Shown: piece after piece, positions 25,102 to 37,405 of the stretch
Layout: the number at the start of each line of letters is the position of its first letter
Position numbering within the stretch: position 1 is the stretch's first letter
Source: Amoebophrya sp. A120
Taxonomy: Eukaryota > Protista > Dinoflagellata
Length of the DNA stretch: 64,000 nucleotides
Assembly: GCA_905178155.1 (NCBI GenBank)
Contig: CAJINV010000008.1
Coordinates: forward strand, 2,857,303-2,921,302
Direction: 5' to 3'
The notes under the pieces: model-generated
Database searches by the model: none
What the model saw: the letters and a program-made list of their open reading frames with translations, nothing else
Told to the model about the DNA's origin: nothing
Program-made: the position numbers and the translations under genes

Positions 25102-28100
25102 ATGGATCAAGCGCTTAGGTCTCGTCTACCACACGGGACCGGGGCGTTTCAGTTTTCCAGATTCGTCCATCCACTGAGGTCACTCTGCTTCGTGGCTTGC
25201 GTTACACCCCAGTTTGGTGTGCTTGCGGTAGGGGCAAATGCTCGTTGGACAGTTGAGGCTGGCGGAGTGGACTATCAGCACGATGGGCATACACGCACGA
25301 GGGTTCCACGCGAGGTGTGGCATCGGCTCGAAGATGCACCGAGATTCTACTTCCGTTTTCCCCTTGCTTTGGGAAAACAAGGCATTCGGCTTTCCGATGA
25401 TAAGACGAAAGTTTTCTTTCCGCTGGATGAACCCTCATTGCACATCCATTTTTTGCGGTACCTGAACGGTGGTCTGGGGGGAGCTCGAACCAATGCGCGG
25501 GAAGCTGGATACGGATATGGTTTTTTTATCCCCTCATCAGGTCTACCAAGTGATATGCTGGCGACCAATGTGGGTGGTATGACCTTCGAGGAAACGGTGA
25601 CCGAATCAAGTGGTGGGTCTGCGGTATCGGAGAAATGGAACACGCAGAAGGCGGCCAATTCGACGTGGCGCGACCCGGTCCTTAGACAGCAGTCCACAGA
25701 TCCGCGCGTTCGAGAAAAACAAATTTTAGCAGCATCTCGAGTCACGTTTAATTCAAACCTGCTGAACCGCTACCACACGATACACAATCCGGCACTGATG
25801 GATCGTCTTATGGAGTACACTGAAGGCGAAGCACAGTTCGATCCACAAAACGTCGCAGCAAGTTCGATGGGCGAAAAAGTTCATCGATTTTCGGAAAGCA
25901 TCACCTCCATGCGCAGAGAGCTGGACGAGACAGACCTCGCTGCCACGCCACTGCAAGTGCAGTCCCATTACATCTATTGTATGCACTTTGCACGACACAA
26001 GGACATTAGCTTTCACGACGTTGAGAGGCGCCACATCGCCGGCGGCTCCGTAACGCGGAAAGGTGGGTGGGTGAGCCTGCGTCAGCTGCTGGTGGTTCGG
26101 CGCGCTGACTTGTCCGGAGCTCCCCTACCATTTATGGATCACTTTACCGGAACCGTTCACTTTACGTATGACGAAGAGCGCGACACGCTTGAAGCGCTTT
26201 GCGTCTGGCACGCCGCGGCTCATTTTGACTCTACGCCGCCCGTTTACACCGACGATCCACCGCTGCCGCTTGGGCAACGCAAGGAAGTGCCCCCTGTTGC
26301 CTACTACCGCGAGTTTCCTGTGCCGGGCTACTTGGAGAGTGCGGTGGTGCGAGACACTCGCGTGCGCGACAATAACATGTGGCAATCAGCGGTGGCGAAA
26401 TACTGGTACCAAAAGATGTGGACGTACCCAGTGGATTACACGTACTTGTGGCCGGAAGATCCGCGTGCTGGAGCGCTTCGGTGTCCTGACAATTACCTTG
26501 AAGTAGAAGTACTGGACGAGATCGAAAAGTGGAACTTCACCGAGCTCCTGACAAGGACCAAGCGGCCGGATGCAAACATCATCACTTCGGAAGAGCCGAC
26601 GGAAAAAAGCTATTCACAGGCGAGGCAAGCCATCTTTCGGATTCTTCGCAAATCACTGAACTGCATGACTTTCGGAGCAGGAAACCCGGAGGATCGCTTT
26701 GGTTACGGGATCAGCCATCTCTGGATTGGCATGGTTGTGCATGCGTTAGACGAAATCACATACCTTCCAAGACACCTCGTGCGCCGCATGTTCTCGGCGA
26801 CGTTTTTCCAGCGCGCAAAGTGGATCCCGAAACCGAGGCCGTTTCAGCCGGCACAGATCGCGGACCTTGCCGGCATCCAGGGATTGGCGGCCAGCTTGAA
26901 GTCGCAGCGTCCAGAGCACAGCTACCGGTTTACATTGGAACAAACTGGACAAGCTAGTTTAAGTGCTGCTCAGCCAGACAGAGCCGAAAAACTGGTTGTG
27001 CCACTCGGGCACCTGGATTTTGACCTGCTGGAAAGTCCACCTTTGCAAATAGGAAAACGGGACCGCGAAGTGCAAAACTGCCTCTTCTTGAACGACGACG
27101 CAATCATGAATTTGCGGATCGCAGCGGAGACGAACCTCTTCCCCTTTACCAAGGACGTGTACGCTGACCCAGTAGTGAAGCAGTCCATCGGCGCACCTGA
27201 AGTACTTTGGAACAATGCGCGCACGCTGAGTGACAGCAGGCAACCCACGTCCTCGTCAGAGGTTGCTACTCGTTCTGGTGCCGTTGTTTTCACACCTGCC
27301 GAACAAGCCGTTCTGCTGGCCAGCGATGATATGTTGATTCAAGGCGTTGCAAGTGTTAACGATTTGCGTGCTAGCGTGACGGACAGCACCATCTGGCGAA
27401 AGGATCTCGTATACCACGATTGGCGGTTCCGTCGCACGCCTAATGGTCGTCCCGACGTAAAGATGTTCGAACGTGAAGCACAAACCAGTTTCTATCCGTG
27501 TTCCGTCATCCGCAAGAAGCACACTGAGTTCGTTTCCAGTTCCTGGTCTAGCATCGGCATCGAAGACGGCATCGGGCAGCACATATCGCAACTAGTAGCG
27601 AACTCATCCTCTACAAGAACCGCAGCGGAGGCTTCGATTTGTGACGTCGTTCAGCAACACTGTGCCTCTGCTTTGCAACAATTTGCCTCAGTGGCCGCTT
27701 GTCGTGCGCATTATGGAGCTTTGCCTCTGGAGGATTCAGCCTGCAAGACTGCGCGAGGAGATGGCGCGAGCACGTACAAGAAGGTTCTGAGCGGCAATTC
27801 CTTCTCTTGCAAGTGGACCCAGAGCCACTTTGTCAAGATCGCACCGGAGACGTATTGCCCTTCGTTAGGACCGTCCTCTCCTGAAGGTGATCGATGCAGT
27901 CCATCGATTTGCAGCACTTCTTCGCTACAAGAACAGCAGCAACAGCTAGTAGTCGCGCCAAATGTAACAGTAACTGCGGTGCTCTCATCTTGCGAACCAG
28001 ACACAAAATCGGACATCATCGCCTCCACGCTAGATTCTCTTCCTTTTTGCCTCCCGTCTTTAGTCGGAAGCTCAAGCTGTTCTGCAAACTGCACCCAGGC

Positions 28101-31100
28101 GTTGAATACTTTCTTGGCGAAGCACGTCCAGAGCGGTGCCATGAAGCAGTGTGAAGGGGATCCGCTCGGAATTAGCGAGACCGATGGGACCGGGTCCCAC
28201 CTGTTGCATCTGCTGCAGGTCAACGCACGAACTTTGATTCATCGCTGTCTGCATTCCGGCGGCCCGGAGCGCCGAGCTGCTCAGAGTACTCCTTACACTC
28301 CGCAACCGCAGTTGCTTTTCGCGGTGGACTCTGGCTCCAGTGAAGGCGAGCGTGGCCGTGACGCATCAACAAGCGATAACAGCTGGGGCTACAGGGGCTG
28401 CGTTGACCCGCGCTTGTACCTTTCCGAACGTGGCTGCCGATCGCTGGATTGGGCAATCTTGGCCCGCGAAATAATGAACGAGTGGAGCGGTAGCGGTTTC
28501 AAGATGCAACGCCCGCAACGCATCACGGCAACAGAGCAAATAGCGTGGCGCGATGAGAAATTGTTTGACCTGTTCTTGCAGCCGTATTTCGGATTCCGGA
28601 CCATGGCAGAAACAAAGGCCCAGCTCATGAGGAGAAATGCATATGCGTCGAGTGCCAGCAATGAGCTCTGGGTCTTCGGCAATCCCGAACGAGGGGCCAT
28701 CAGATATACTGGTTTCGAAAAATCCTATGAAACGCTCATCGCTCGGTCACCAACACGAGCGCGACACCCAGCACTGGAATTCGGCTGGAGCGAGCGTTTT
28801 CCGCTCTTTTCTCACTTTCTTTCTGGTTTTCATCCCACGTACAGCCGATCATACAACGCAACCCGGGAGTTGCAAAAGCGCCACATCCGACCGTTTGCCG
28901 ACGTGGATCCGAAAGCGGTTTCGCGTCGCTCTTCTCTGTACGGCTCCGACCTGTGGGATGATTTGCGGTTTGAAGCCGGAAAAGCAGCAATCACCACTAC
29001 AATCAGCGAGCCAACTATGACGAAGAGTGACGAAGAGAATTTGCGCGATTTGTCCAAGATAGTGACGGGTATAGCAGTGCCTGGGCATTGGCACCGGTCG
29101 CACGGATACCTTTTGGGGACAGGTCTTTTTTCGAAGTTGGCAGCCGCCATGGAAACCTTCAAGCGCACTCGAAAAGTCGAACTATTTGATTCGGTCTTGG
29201 CAATCGTCGATGACCTAAAAGCGGACCTGCCGAAGGCGCTGCCGATCTCGCACTTTTCGCCGTCGTGGAACGCGGAAATAACGACTATCAGGGAGCAGGC
29301 CTTTCTGTACGAAACCCTCCACAGTTTTTTTTCGGGATCATTCGTTCTTGCTAGGCTTGCGAGAGGCTTGATCGAGCAGCTACGAGAAAATTGGTGCGAA
29401 CTTGGTCAACACTGGTTAGAGGTTCCCTATGGGACTCATCCGGAGCATTTTCGTGGCAGCAAAAAAGCAAGGATTCTGCTCGAGCATATTCGTATTCATA
29501 CGAGCGACTTCCAAAATACCAAGATTGAAGCTGATCCTCGAAATCCCGCGCAGACACGCGTAGTGCGTTACAGCAGTAAATTATAAAAGTGCAGCATAAC
29601 TCCCCCTCCCCCTCAAAATCAAAATCGCCAGCCACTTTTTGTCCGCCAAAAAAGCAACTTTTTGGGCTCGAAATGTGCGTGCCGCAAAAAAGCAAAAAAA
29701 TGATCGTGCTTTGAAGGCTAATCTCCATGCTATAGGCCCTCTCCCCCTCATGAGGGGGAGTGGGCCTGGGCCCATAGCATGGGGATTAGCTTTCAACACC
29801 AGCCCACTTTTCAGCCAGTTTCTGAGCTCGCTGATTTGTCGCTTATTTGACGACGCAAAACGTCGCCATGTGGCGAACATTTGCCGGAAATTCTGCAAGG
29901 GAGCAAGTTTTTTGCTTACGTTTTGGGGGCTAATCCACATGCTATGGGCCCACTCCCCCTCATGAGGGGGAGCGCTTCTTTTCATGAGGGGGAGTGAGCC
30001 CATATCGCGGGGAGTCACTTCCAATATGTTGCGAGGGCCTTTTTTGGCGGCTGGGCCGGAGGCTATGCCAGCCCCAAGTCCCCATGCTAGGGCACGGGCC
30101 CAGATGCCGGAAGGCGCCCCGAGTGGTCCAGCTGTTCAGCTTCTGCCCTCTCTTTAGTTGGCCAAAATCAGCCACGTTTTGAAGGCGAAACACCGTGCCA
30201 GAGGGCCACTCCCCCGCATGAGAGGGGGCGCCCTTTTTGGCGCCTGTGGCGGATGGTTATTCCAGTCCCGCGACCCTTTTGTCACACAAAACGCACTCGA
30301 CGCAGATGATTTCCTCAACCGAAACGCGTCCGGTTTGATAACATAAAAGCGCAGCATTTGGCAACGTAGAAACGCGTTATTTGGTAACCAAAAAAATGGC
30401 CAAAGTTGGCCATTTTGAGGGGGAGGGGGAGTTGTGCACTTGTATATCAGTCGCATCATTTGCGGGACGACCTTTTCCCCAATCCGGACGAGTTCGATTT
30501 CAACCGCGACAATCTGGGGAAGATATCTTTTTGGGGAATGCTCGAGGAGAACACGGGAGTCTTGCCGAGCCTAGAAGTAACGGGAGGCGCGGCGACAGCC
30601 GTAAGTCAGCCGGTTGATGTGCAACTGATGCCGCCACGTGTGCAACGCGACTCGGATCGGTTTCGTCGTGCACAGCGAAAGTGCCTTGGCCGCAATACTG
30701 CGATCCGCTGGCTTTTCAAGAATGTTGACAAGTATTTGCCTGCTTCGCCATTTTCAGCTGGGCCTTACCAATGCAGCCCGGGAAACCCGAACTTTGTGCA
30801 TCACGGTGTTGCGTTGCTGCGCCAGTTGATTCGCGTTGAGTCTACATCTGCAAATAAAACCAATGCGTTTCTCATCGAAACGTTCGTCCACGGAAAAGCG
30901 GTGCAGGACAATCTGCCAACTGGACGACCGTGGACCAAATTCAACACAAATGGAGAAGACACGGACGGATCACTGTTTCTGTTTTTGAATGGGTTCCCAC
31001 ACGCGCCTCAGTCCTGGGCAAGAGTGCTCAAGCACTTGCACGAGAGACGCCCTGGCTCGACGTCCGCTCTGCTTAATGTGCCAGGGTGGGGAAAAGGCGC

Positions 31101-34100
31101 TTCGCGGCTATTTGACGCACCTGCTTCGGATTGTTCCTTCCTAGGGAAATCCAGTGACATTCTACGGGATCTCATCGTCGACATCAAGCTTCGCTCTGGT
31201 AGTGCTAGCTCGTGGGACCGCATCTTTTTGATTGGGGATTCAACTCCTGTAGGCTCCGGGCTTGCCTGGGCAGCAGCACACAAACTCAACGTGTTTGACG
31301 AGAAACACCTCGTGGGCCTGATTTCTCTTACCCCGCATCCAGAGTTGATGCTCCGCCCGGCGATGAATACAGCGGACCCTCGTCAATTTCCGTTTTATTC
31401 ACTGCTCTCGCCCATCATTGGGGAAAGTGCTATCGGCATGAAAGACTTCGCGGCACTCAAGTCACAGATGGAGGATGACTTCGACGACGGGACGTTTGAC
31501 GATGGCACGATGATGCGAGCAGAGTATGTCAAGTTTTGGAGAAACACTGGCGCGAGATCACTGACGTGTTATTTCCGTGATAACTTCGAAGTTAAAGACG
31601 GGCGGATGCATGCAGTACCACGCTCGTTTTCATTTTTTAGCTCCACGTGAACACATAAAGGAAAGAAATCTCATCTATTTCTGGTAACCATATCACGAAG
31701 TACGAGAATAATTCTATTGCTCACTGCGAATCGAAAACGAAATTATTCATTGGGAACGCTCTGTCATTCCGGACGTTGATTTTTTGACTTTGAGTGCACT
31801 AAATTGATACAGGTTGGCGACTGGTTCGCTGACCTGCACCCGAAGCACCCACACATCCTGCTTCTGAACGCAGAGCGGGAAATCTCCTACCGGAAGGAGC
31901 AGTGGCTAGGCTCTTTCACCATGATTCCCCGCGAGCTCTCGCGACACCTGCGAATGCACACGGTGTCGGACGCCAGCAGTAAAGATCTGCTCTTTAGCGA
32001 CAAGCATAGCGAAGAACTGGCAGAGGAAATTTCCGCTTTCGCCTGGAGCGTGCGTATGACGGAATACCCGTGGCTGCTAGGTGTGGCGAAGATTGTGGTC
32101 GTTCCACCGGTACTGACGGGGGGGCTTGCGTACGACACGGAGAAGAACATCGCCCTTGGGTTATGAGGTGTAAAAACGTACGCACCTCCCCATAGGTAAA
32201 CTGCGACTTCACGAGTTTAGGGAACTCGGCACGACAAAATCGAAAGTTGAACACAAAGCATAATCGTGCTTAGCTATGAAGTCCGCATTTTGGGTTTCAT
32301 TGGTCATATGTTGAAGTCCGCATCACAAAAGCACTCTCTCATCCTGCTTGGACGATCAGAGCATCACAAATTATCAAGGAAGGGGAATCTGCAAATTGAG
32401 TTTGTGGTTTCGGTCGGTTTAAGCATCCCAAATTATCAAGCACTAAACCTTCATCTATGCGCGAAAATGTCTCCCACAAGAAGCTGCATGAGAGATTTGC
32501 CGGGCATGCAAAAACGCAGCACAAAGCTGGGGTGGCTACGTTTTCATTCCGGATATGGGTTTGCACTTTTCGCTGCGGCCTTCTCCGTCTTTGCTGGACT
32601 TTATCTCGAGCGGAATCTCGGATCCATACTAATTCGCACGACAAACAAGGAAGTTTACTGGCGCTTCGGTCAAGTGGCAATGGTGCCAATTTGTCTGGCG
32701 TGCATGGCATCGGCATCCTGGTTAGGATTGCCTCTGTGGTTTGCGGCTCTGTACAAGTTCGGGTTTCCGGAAGTGACGACGTTATTGTTGGCTCCGTGGC
32801 TGCTACGCGGAAAGGAGCATTGGGTCGACGTTTACGCGCGTTTCTTCGACGGAGTTGGCCACTTCATTCACCACACTGGGGCCTCCATCATCTATACTGC
32901 GATTCTCGCAAAGATGGTTTCGCCATTGCTCTTAACGGCCGCGATCCCACTTTCCCTGCAGCACGCGGTTTCGCCGCTGAAGTACCAGAGTACACGGATA
33001 CACGGGGCTTTGCTCACATTGTTAGAGGTGTGGTACCAATTCGAGTTTTTCCACATTCTGCCGCAGCTCCGCCACTGGGTGCCTGTTATGGGGCTGTGCA
33101 TGCTGACCTTCGCGCACTGGTGGTGGTTGGCTCGCCAGCTGGTTTGGTTGCCTCTAGCCTGGTTCTTTTCCGTTCCCGGGGACCGGCAGCGCACTCCAAA
33201 AGTACGCGCGTCGGTTTTTATGACGTCGATGCGTGTGTTTCGTTTCGCGGTCCGCCACGCGGCCTCTACGATTCGTAAGCGTAGTCAAGTGCGATTTTCC
33301 GGCGTGTCCGATGGGATGTTTTCGACGGCGGGTCGTTTCGAAGAAGACCAGATTTTCGAGCCCGATAACGACGGGAGCCCGGCTCTGATGCTAGAGGAGG
33401 CTGCACCACGGGATCAAGGACTGGACCGATTGCACGGGCGCCTTTCTGCAGGAAATATGAAGAATCAGGAAGGCGAGAGAAGTGGCTCCGCCGGTGCAGG
33501 GACAGGTACTCCAGTCCCTTCGTCGGGGGTGATCCAGCTTAGCAACCCGGACAGCGCGTCCGGACTAGCGTCTGCAGGTGTGAAAGACGTCGACACGGTG
33601 TCATTGATCTCCAGAGAAAGCGATATCAAGGAGCGACTGCAGTTCTTGGAGCACGATGCGGGAACCTCTTCGGACAGCCACGAGGTAGCAGGCGGGTCCA
33701 GTAGCGCGAAGGCCGCTCATCTTGTCGTGGCAGTCAGTAGGCACAGCGTCGCTGCCGCATCTGCAGCGACCGGTCAACAACATGCTTCCACCATAGTGCA
33801 AGCGCAGCGCCGGATCTCGAACACGACGTCGCCTTTGCCCGCGATGGATCATCGGGGGGTCTTGAACAACACTTCTGCGGGAAGCGCAACCGCCCCGAGA
33901 AGCTTAAGAACGCCGACGGGAACAACTGGAACCTCGACAGGCGTCACTAGTCCAAACAAAACCAGTACCCGAACGCAGCCTGCTGGCGGGCAGAACAATT
34001 TGTTCCCATTGATGGCATACTAAGTGCAAAAATGTCTGGGTCTGGAAGATTCTGACACTTGTCATGCACGTTTTGCATGAGCCATGATGTCTGTGATGCA

Positions 34101-34395
34101 TACCCTAGCAGTACAGATTTTCTGAGGGCTTTCCGATGCCTATTCCGCATGACAAATGCCTTCTCAGCGGAGCAAAAATTGCCTTCCCTTTGGTACTCAT
34201 GCAATACAGATTTTTTTGGAATCCAAATGCAGCATCACAAGTTGCATTCTTCCAGACCCAGACACTTTTACAGTTGATATGGCACCGTCTGCCACGACGT
34301 CGTCCTCTTCGCCCAGATACAACAGCCAACTCACAGGAGGGAAGCGACGTGAAAACGCGAGTAGTCCCGTGCAGCGCCCGATACTGAGTGACTGA
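25102..34395 (+). CDS. Large multidomain protein (~2519 aa): Cys-rich region, cytochrome P450-like region, alpha/beta-hydrolase-like domain, multi-TM domain; 5 exons
   Basis: Exons 25102-29581, 30452-31614, 31813-32161, 32561-34017, 34285-34395 sum to 7560 nt in frame; motifs EHIR, FPNPDEFDFNR, RKCLG, LNGFPHAPQSW, LIGDSTPVGSGLAW. Confidence 0.6.
29582..30446. mobile_element. Large (865 bp) TIR intron element with internal palindromes, related to family C ends
   Basis: TATAAAAGTGCAGCATAACTCCCCCTCCCCCTCAAAAT / ATTTTGAGGGGGAGGGGGAGTTGTGCACTTGTATA; decayed TSD taaat/tcagt; in-frame removal. Confidence 0.82.
32162..32555. mobile_element. TIR intron element, family B relative
   Basis: TATGAGGTGTAAAAACGTACGCACCTCCCCA / TGGGGTGGCTACGTTTTCATTCCGGATA; TSD TGGGT. 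Confidence 0.82.
34018..34279. mobile_element. TIR intron element, family A
   Basis: TACTAAGTGCAAAAATGTCTGGGTCTGGAAGA / TCTTCCAGACCCAGACACTTTTACAGTTGATA; TSD TGGCA. Confidence 0.9.
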
Positions 34396-37300
34396 TGTCG
34401 CAATGATACGTCGCAATCTATATGCAGATCGTGCTAATCAAAAAAAATAAAAAAAAGTAGTCCCGTGTCCAGCCCGAGCAGCGCCCTCCTTCCGAGCGCA
34501 GCTTTCAGAATCGGCACGCCTGGGACGAACCGACCCGAGCAAGCCACGCCGCTTTTGGGGATGTACCCTAAGATTCAAGTGCCAAACTTCAATGGGATCA
34601 AGTATACAAACATGCTGGCAAGCACGTCGCAGCACCGCGGTGCCGCGGGACCAGGCTCGACGACGCCCGACGCAATGAAATAGCATTTGCAATGCATTTT
34701 ACAAATTTAGAATTTGCCAGAGCTTTCGTTTCCAATTTTGGAAATTTGAGCGATTCTGGAAATTTGACCTGACAGCGGCCACGTAAGCAGTCTTCCTTGC
34801 TGCCACTAGCGGGGACAACAAATTCATGTTGCGCATTTCATCTTTATGTGACTTTTATACCAATATGCAAGTTTTGTCATCGATATATAGTTTATTCTGC
34901 CCTGCAATGATGTTTCAGTTTCATGGTACGCCCTCGGGCCGGAACACTTCTGCTAGATGAATTTCAATGGCACACTCTCCATAAACAAGCGAAGAATCCA
35001 TAGGAATGGTGTATACGTATTGCAGGAGGAGGGAATTTAACGTCTAGAAGTTTACTTCCAAGAAGTAGCACTGACAGATAAAAGTTTTAGGCCGGGGTGT
35101 TTGATGCTTTTTTCTCCTTTGAAATTTTTTGAAGTATCTCTCACCCGTTAGTGCTTTTTTTGTTACATTTTTTTGAATTCCCCCATTCAAACCTCTAGCA
35201 ATCCATGCTAGTAAAATGATAATGAACAAGATAATGACGATTTTTTCAAACATAGTGCTCCAATGCATTGCTTCTTCTCGCGTGTCGTGAGTTTACAAAA
35301 ATAGCGTTTCGTTTCGATCTTTGTTACCACTACAGAAACAGTTTCATCACAAGGTTAATGCACTCTAGCGTATTGCCCCTCCTTTTCGTGAAAATGACAG
35401 GTCCCAAAGTAAAGCTTCAGTAGAGATCCAACAAAATTCTACAAAAGAGAATACAGACTTTTACATTTAACGTTTATAGTTTTTATCTTTAGATACTTTG
35501 TCTTGCAGCATCTTCGTAGGCTTGAAGTTCCCTCTTCTACGAAACTTATGAAGAAAACGCTGTGAGCAGAGGCGCAGAACCTGCTCGCGTTGACCCTCCC
35601 AAAAACGTGAGCGGATTGATATACCCTGCCCGCTTGCGTGCGGCTCGCCTTTTTATGGCAATCTAACTATAGAAAAGTCATATCTGTGATAGACAGAGAG
35701 GTAGACTGGTGATCGTAGGCTTTTTGCCATTCTTTTTTTGCTTCCATCAGGTTGCGCAACTTCGACAGCTGCTAGCACACCGCACCGTATCTGTAGCTTG
35801 ACGAAGTGTTTGCAGTTACTACAATGAAGCTGCTACGTCTCGTACTAGTCCAGCGGCTACCTCGCACATCAATACAAGATCTATTCGCATAGAAGCACAG
35901 ATATTTTCGAAGTCACAGAGAGACGACGAATTGCACAGATTTCAGTGACGCCAATAGGATTTATTTCGCGACGTTTTCCCGGCGACGTGCTGCAGCTTTG
36001 CCTGGATTCCGCTGCACTTCCCGGAAGACTTCTTTTTGATTTAAACATGCAGGTATATTCAGTAGCATACCAGAAAGACGCCTTATGTCATAAGACGTCT
36101 CATGTGATACATAAGACGTGCGTCCTATGACATGTTTAGGACATCGTGATCTGATATGTTGAAAGAATAAGAAGTGCCAGAGAGGTATCTCCACCCAGCC
36201 GAACTATGTTTGTTCAACAAATAGAGTGCTGTTGTGTTGTTGTATAAAATGAATTGCCACATACTCCGAAAATAAATGCTAGTCTCTACCATCGTGATAG
36301 AGCGTTTCTAAGCAAGGTAGCTGTTCCTGTTGCCGCAATTTTTGCTGCAGCTGAAAGGTGCAGACTCGCCGGAGAGTACCGGGGAAGTACTTACATTCCA
36401 GCCGCATACATAGTACCCGGGAGCCGCATCCTCCCTTGCTGGGTATAAGCGAATTCGCCCGCTGAGGTCCCGCCTCGGTGGACTGAAAAAAGCCGCAGTA
36501 TGTTTATTCAGTAAAAAGAACTTAAGATTATGTTTCGTGTTTGAGATCTCTTTGATCTAGAGCCGAAAAATAGAAAACATTCGACGATCCGAGGAGGGTG
36601 ATCTAGTGAATATTTCCTCGCGGTGATGCAACGCCGATGATCGTGGAAGACTAGCATTTCCTTCTCTACCGTGAGGTAGCACGGTATTAGGTCCGTATCA
36701 GAAGAAAAAAGATCAACCTCAACGGAACTGTATTTGGTGTTTAGGTATGGCAAAAACGAAGCATGATCAGTCTTGAGGGCCCCAGGTCCAAAGGTTCAAC
36801 ATACTTACGCCGAGCAATGCTCTCGGTGTATATTAATCTGGTGTGCAAGGGAGCATGAACATGATCATAGTACGAAGTTGAACATCTTGTTGAACAAATG
36901 GTTGACTTCACAGCGATGATCAGATTATTTTGAACCGCGTTTTCAGAAAACATCTGCTTATCACATAGGACCAGAACAAGACAACAATTTTTGAAACTAG
37001 AAAACACCTTTCCTGGTCCTCCAAAATCAATTTGTAAGATTACTTTATAGAAGCACAGCACGGTTAAAAACATCGCATTTTTGTAGGATGATTCTTGTAA
37101 AATATTGGCACAACTCTTTTGCATAGCAACTTGATCTTGACCTCCAAGTGTTATCTGAGTCTAGTTGTAGTCTACCTGTATGAAAAATATAGTTATATTT
37201 ACTCCGCGGTGGTTATTTAACTCCCGGGATGCACCAGCATTGGCTTTTTGTATCTAGTATTGCGAAAATCATCTACTACACAGAAACTAAACTACATTGT

Positions 37301-37405
37301 GAAAAATTACCTTTTCACCAGAAAATAGAAATACCACTGTACAATACCTGTTGAAAAATCAGAAGAAGCGGAGAAGAATTTTTCCAAAGGTCCTTCTCGG
37401 GTGCT

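Noticed and set aside
29581-30350. Short ORFs in the 865-bp element as a possible transposase
   Set aside because: Short, on both strands, built from palindromic repeats; no DDE-like motif recognisable.
31615-31812. Possible additional TIR element (ends ...TTGATA)
   Set aside because: No convincing left TIR or TSD; an in-frame GT-AG intron explains it.
32266-32560. N-terminal part of the 585-aa ORF as an independent gene start
   Set aside because: Lies inside TIR element 32162-32555; the upstream exon joins in frame at the TGGGT repeat.
34396-37405. Long AT-richer intergenic region with a small hairpin near 36085-36133; possible ncRNA or spliced-leader relic
   Set aside because: No tRNA, rRNA, snRNA or dinoflagellate spliced-leader match recognised by eye; a covariance-model search would be needed.
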